Origin: Candidatus Limnocylindria bacterium
GTDB lineage: Bacteria; Chloroflexota; Limnocylindria; Limnocylindrales; CSP1-4
Assembly (NCBI GenBank): GCA_041491485.1
Contig: JBGPVC010000001.1
Location: 6,242 to 70,241 of the forward strand
Length of the DNA stretch: 64,000 bases
Reading direction: 5' to 3'
The number at the start of each line of letters is the position of its first letter. Position 1 is the stretch's first letter. The position numbers and the translations under genes are program-made. Shown one piece after another: positions 58,853 to 64,000 of this stretch. Below the pieces are notes generated by a model. It searched no databases, was not told the origin of the DNA, and was given only the letters and a program-made list of their open reading frames with translations.

Positions 58853-59153
58853 GTGTCAACGACAGCCGCTCCCCGGCGCGTCCCGAGCCGGTCCTGCGTT
58901 GCCTGTCGAACGGTTCGCCCCAAGCGGGACCTCATGCGGCTGGTTCGCACGCCGGATGGGACGGTAACCGTCGATCCGACCGGGCGACTGGCCGGCCGCG
59001 GCGCCTACGTCTGCCGCAGCGAGGCCTGCCTGGACAAAGCCATTGCCAAGGGTGCCCTGAGCCGGGCACTTCGTACCCAGCTCCCGGCCGACCTGCGAAC
59101 GTCGCTGGTCGGGAGCGCCACCGCGTACATCAACGACGCTGAAGGAGGATCTC

Positions 59154-59167
<14 letters not shown>
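58853..59167 (+). CDS. ylxR: YlxR/DUF448 family predicted RNA-binding protein
   Basis: CVACR...RDLMRLV...GRGAYVC YlxR signature; conserved nusA-ylxR-infB order. Confidence 0.8.
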
Positions 59168-61061
<1,894 letters not shown>

Positions 61062-61086
61062 CTGACCGGCGACCGGTAGCACTCCA

Positions 61087-61610
61087 GTGAGCCAGCGGAC
61101 AGAACGGGTTGACGAGCTCCTGCGCCAGGAGATCGGCTCGATCGTGTCAAGGGAGGTCGCCGATCCGCGCGTCGGGTTCGCGACCATCACGTCCGTCGAG
61201 ACGACGCCCGATCTTCGTCACGCGAAGGTTTGGGTCAGCGTGATCGGTCAGCCGGCCGAGCGCGAGGCGACCCTTGCCGCGCTGCGACGGGCGATGCCGT
61301 TCGTCCGGCACGAGCTGGGAACGCGCCTGCGGATCAAGCGCATCCGGACCTCCACATCCAGCTCGACGATACGGCGGAGCGCGGCACTCGCGTCCTGCAG
61401 TTGCTCCGCGAGCTCGAGGCTGGGGAGGTACCGGACGCCGACGTGCCGGTCGGGGAGTCGCTGCCGACACCGGTGGCCCGTCTGCCGCACGTCGGGGACC
61501 TGGCCGAGGAACCGCCGTCCGCGGTGCGTCCTCCGGTCCCGCGCCCGCACCGTCGCAACGATGCCAGACCCGACGCCCGTGGCGACGGCCAGCGACGGAC
61601 CGGACGGTGA
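61087..61610 (+). CDS. rbfA: Ribosome-binding factor A, requires a +1 frame change near 61345 (apparent single-C deletion)
   Basis: N-terminal RbfA KH-like domain in frame 1 up to ...LRIKRI; the conserved continuation PDLHIQLDDTAERG... is in another frame and ends in TGA 61608-61610, overlapping the nrnA GTG start. Confidence 0.7.
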
Positions 61611-62626
61611 CGGTCGACCTGGAGCCGTACGCGTCGGCCGTACCGGAGACCGTGATCAGGCGGCTTGCCTCGGCCCGGCGCGTCCTCGCGGTCAGTCACG
61701 AGAACCCGGACGCCGACACGATCGGGGCGGCGCTCGGGATCGCGAGCCTCGTCGCGGCCGGTGGCGGCGCGGCCGACCTCCTGTGCACGGATCCCATCCC
61801 GCCGCTCTACCGGTTCATGGTCGGATCCGAGGGCTTCCGGACGGACCCCGACCCGGACGCGGACTACGACCTGGTGGTCATCCTCGACTGCGGCTCGCTC
61901 GAGCGGATCGGCGATGTGGGCGCCCGTCACGCCGACCTGTTCGGGCGGCTCCCGCGGGTCCTGATCGATCACCACGCGTCGAACGGGGCAGCCGGCGAGA
62001 CCGACTGGATCGATCCCGCGGCCGCAGCCACCTGCGAGATGGTGACGCTGCTGGCGGCCCGGCTCGGGGTGGACCTTGGCATCGATGACGGGGCGCTCGC
62101 CGGGAACCTCATGGCCGGCATCGTGATGGACACGGCGACCTTCGCACACCCGAACGCGACGCCCCGGACTCTCGTCGTGTCGGCCGCTCTCGTGGGCGCG
62201 GGAGCGCCGTTGTCGGACGTCTCCCGGCGGCTGTATCGCTCGAAGCCGGACGCCCAGCTTCGGCTGTTCGGCCGCGTGCTCGCCCGTCTCGAGAGTGCCG
62301 ACGACGGACGGATCGTCTGGTCGAGCCTGACGGAGGCCGATATCGCAGAAACGGGCACGGAGCGCGCCCACTCGGAGGGAATCATCGATCTCCTTTCCCA
62401 GGCTGAAACGGCCGAGGTGGCCATCCTGTTCAAGGAGGCCGGGACGAGCACGCGGATCAGCGTCCGGACTCGCCCGGGCGGCGTGGACGCCACGGTGCTG
62501 ACCGGGCGGTTCGGGGGCGGTGGCCACGCGCGGGCCGCCGGCGCAACCATCGAAGCCCCGTTGACCGAGGCACGCCCCGCCGTCCTGGCCGAGGCGACCC
62601 GGCTGGTCGCCGCCGTGAGCCGCTAG
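61607..62626 (+). CDS. nrnA: DHH-DHHA1 phosphoesterase (NrnA-like bifunctional oligoribonuclease/pAp phosphatase)
   Basis: DHH motifs (SHENPDADTIGA, ILDCG, LIDHH) and DHHA1 motif GGGH; conserved rbfA-nrnA-truB order. Confidence 0.8.
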   Translation: MTVDLEPYASAVPETVIRRLASARRVLAVSHENPDADTIGAALGIASLVAAGGGAADLLCTDPIPPLYRFMVGSEGFRTDPDPDADYDLVVILDCGSLERIGDVGARHADLFGRLPRVLIDHHASNGAAGETDWIDPAAAATCEMVTLLAARLGVDLGIDDGALAGNLMAGIVMDTATFAHPNATPRTLVVSAALVGAGAPLSDVSRRLYRSKPDAQLRLFGRVLARLESADDGRIVWSSLTEADIAETGTERAHSEGIIDLLSQAETAEVAILFKEAGTSTRISVRTRPGGVDATVLTGRFGGGGHARAAGATIEAPLTEARPAVLAEATRLVAAVSR

Positions 62627-62628
62627 CG

Positions 62629-63579
62629 ATGGCGCGGTCGTCGCTCGGCCCGGGGCTGGACGGGATCATCATCGTGGCCAAGCCCGCGGGGCCGACCTCG
62701 CACGACGTCGTGAGCCTCGTCCGTCGCCTGGCCGCCACGAAGCGCGTCGGCCACGGCGGCACTCTGGACCCATTCGCCTCGGGCGTCCTGCCGATCTTCC
62801 TCGGCCACGCCACGCGCACGGTGGAGTATCACCTCGGGGACCGGAAGGCCTATCGCGCGACGGTCTGCTTCGGCGCGTCGTCCACGACCGACGATCTCGA
62901 AGGGCAGTTGACGCCGAGCGCGGGGGAGGCGCCATCGCGCGACGCCGTGCTGGGCGCGATGGCCGGGCTGACTGGGACGATCTCGCAGCGGCCTCCGGCC
63001 TTCAGCGCGATCAAGGTCGCCGGCCGCCGCGCCTACGCGTTGGCCAGGGCCGGTGAAGCGGTCATCCTCGGCGAGCGCGAGGTGATCATTCACGACATCG
63101 TGATGACCTCCTGGGACGACGCGGATCGTGACCGGCCTGTCGCCGTGATCGAGGTCGCCTGCTCGGCCGGAACGTACATTCGCGCCCTGGCCCGCGACCT
63201 GGGCGATTTCGTGGGCAGCGCCGCGTACCTGGGCGCCCTGACCCGGCTGGCGTCGGGCCCGTTCACGCTCGACGAGGCGGTCGACCTCGACGTCGTCCGG
63301 GCGGCCGCGGCCGACGGACCGGCCGGCCTGACAGCGTTCATGCGACCGATCGACGACGGCCTCGACGCCTTCCCGATCGTGCCGCTGACCATCGACGAGA
63401 TCGCCGCCGTGGCCCGCGGCCAGTTCGTCCGACCGGCCGCCGGCATCCCGGTCGGAGCGGATCACTATCGGCTTACCGGGCCCGACGGCTCACTCGTCGC
63501 GATCGCGTCCGGATCGGCGGGGCGACTCGCGCCAGACAAGGTGTTCGTCGCGCCGGCATCGGCCGTCCCGGTCGGCTGA
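62629..63579 (+). CDS. truB: tRNA pseudouridine(55) synthase TruB
   Basis: Catalytic motif VGHGGTLDPFASGVLPI (catalytic Asp) and the TruB fold. Confidence 0.9.
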   Translation: MARSSLGPGLDGIIIVAKPAGPTSHDVVSLVRRLAATKRVGHGGTLDPFASGVLPIFLGHATRTVEYHLGDRKAYRATVCFGASSTTDDLEGQLTPSAGEAPSRDAVLGAMAGLTGTISQRPPAFSAIKVAGRRAYALARAGEAVILGEREVIIHDIVMTSWDDADRDRPVAVIEVACSAGTYIRALARDLGDFVGSAAYLGALTRLASGPFTLDEAVDLDVVRAAAADGPAGLTAFMRPIDDGLDAFPIVPLTIDEIAAVARGQFVRPAAGIPVGADHYRLTGPDGSLVAIASGSAGRLAPDKVFVAPASAVPVG

Positions 63580-63595
63580 TTGCGGATGGAGGTCG

Positions 63596-64000
63596 TCAGC
63601 CGGGTCGAGGGGCTCCGGCCGGAGCTCGGTCCCGCGTTCGTGGTCGTCGGGGTCTTCGATGGCCTCCATCTCGGCCATCTCTATCTGCTCCGCCACCTCG
63701 TCACGGAGGCCGGGTTACGTCACGCGCGACCGACCGTCATCACCTTCGACCACCACCCGGATGAGGTGTTGACCGGCCACGCACCACCGCTACTGCTCGA
63801 TCCTGCCGAGCGTCTGGAGCGCCTCGCCGAGGCCGGCGTAGAGGTCACCGTCGTCCAGCCCTTCGACGCGGCCCTTCGCGAAACGCCGTACGACGCCTTC
63901 GTCGAGCGGATCCGTCGACGGCTGGAGCTGCGGGGCTTCCTGATGACGCCGGACGCGGCCTTCGGCTACCAGCGCCAGGGGACACCCGACACCCTGACCG
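63596..64000 (+). CDS. ribF: Bifunctional riboflavin kinase/FMN adenylyltransferase RibF, 3'-truncated at the window edge
   Basis: N-terminal FAD-synthetase nucleotidyltransferase motifs (VVGVFDGLHLGHLYL); no stop before the end of the window. Confidence 0.75.

Noticed and set aside
61087-62088. 333-aa ORF reading from rbfA through the start of nrnA
   Set aside because: After ~61345 the translation becomes low-complexity (RTSTSSSTIRR...) while the alternative frames contain the conserved RbfA C-terminus and NrnA; it is an out-of-frame readthrough artefact

Overview
A 64 kb stretch of a roughly 70 % GC genome whose gene order resembles Gram-positive bacteria (Actinobacteria- or Chloroflexi-like). 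It is almost entirely conserved housekeeping genes packed with 4-bp ATGA/GTGA overlaps; nothing resembling a mobile element, CRISPR array or defence island was seen. The + strand reads: 5'-truncated htpX, then a tRNA cluster (Phe-Gly-Gln-Cys), tRNA-Leu, rpsF-ssb-rpsR (rplI replaced by a TauE/DUF1634/CaCA membrane module), ilvE, ileS-lspA-rluD-gmk-priA, def-fmt-rlmN-rpe-dtd, asp23-yloV-recG, rsmD-coaD, a DivIVA/SepIVA-like gene plus yceD-rpmF-plsX-asp23-nusB-acpP-rnc-smc-ftsY, ffh, a DUF3352 protein, rpsP-KH-rimM-trmD-rplS, rnhB-yraN, rpsB-tsf-pyrH-frr-uppS-cdsA-dxr-rseP-ispG, and nusA-ylxR-infB-rbfA-nrnA-truB-ribF (3'-partial). The - strand carries an ABC-2 transporter pair, a receiver/ParA-MinD fusion, an LCP protein, rpmB and an MFS transporter. 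Points worth a second look: (1) ileS has an in-frame TAG inside a conserved CxxC zinc knuckle and non-canonical HIGH/KMSKS signatures; (2) rbfA has an apparent 1-nt frameshift; (3) a terminator with a U-tract sits inside the nusA leader; (4) an extended -10 motif (cgTGcTAnACTCCGCC) recurs at 7-10 operon starts, including a leaderless def; (5) the DivIVA-like gene has conserved N-terminal coding with no canonical start; (6) rpe carries a ~105-aa C-terminal extension; (7) a low-GC ~500-bp segment between recG and rsmD encodes a small membrane protein; (8) the receiver-ATPase fusion lacks both canonical catalytic lysines. The many long antisense ORFs in the track are GC-bias artefacts.
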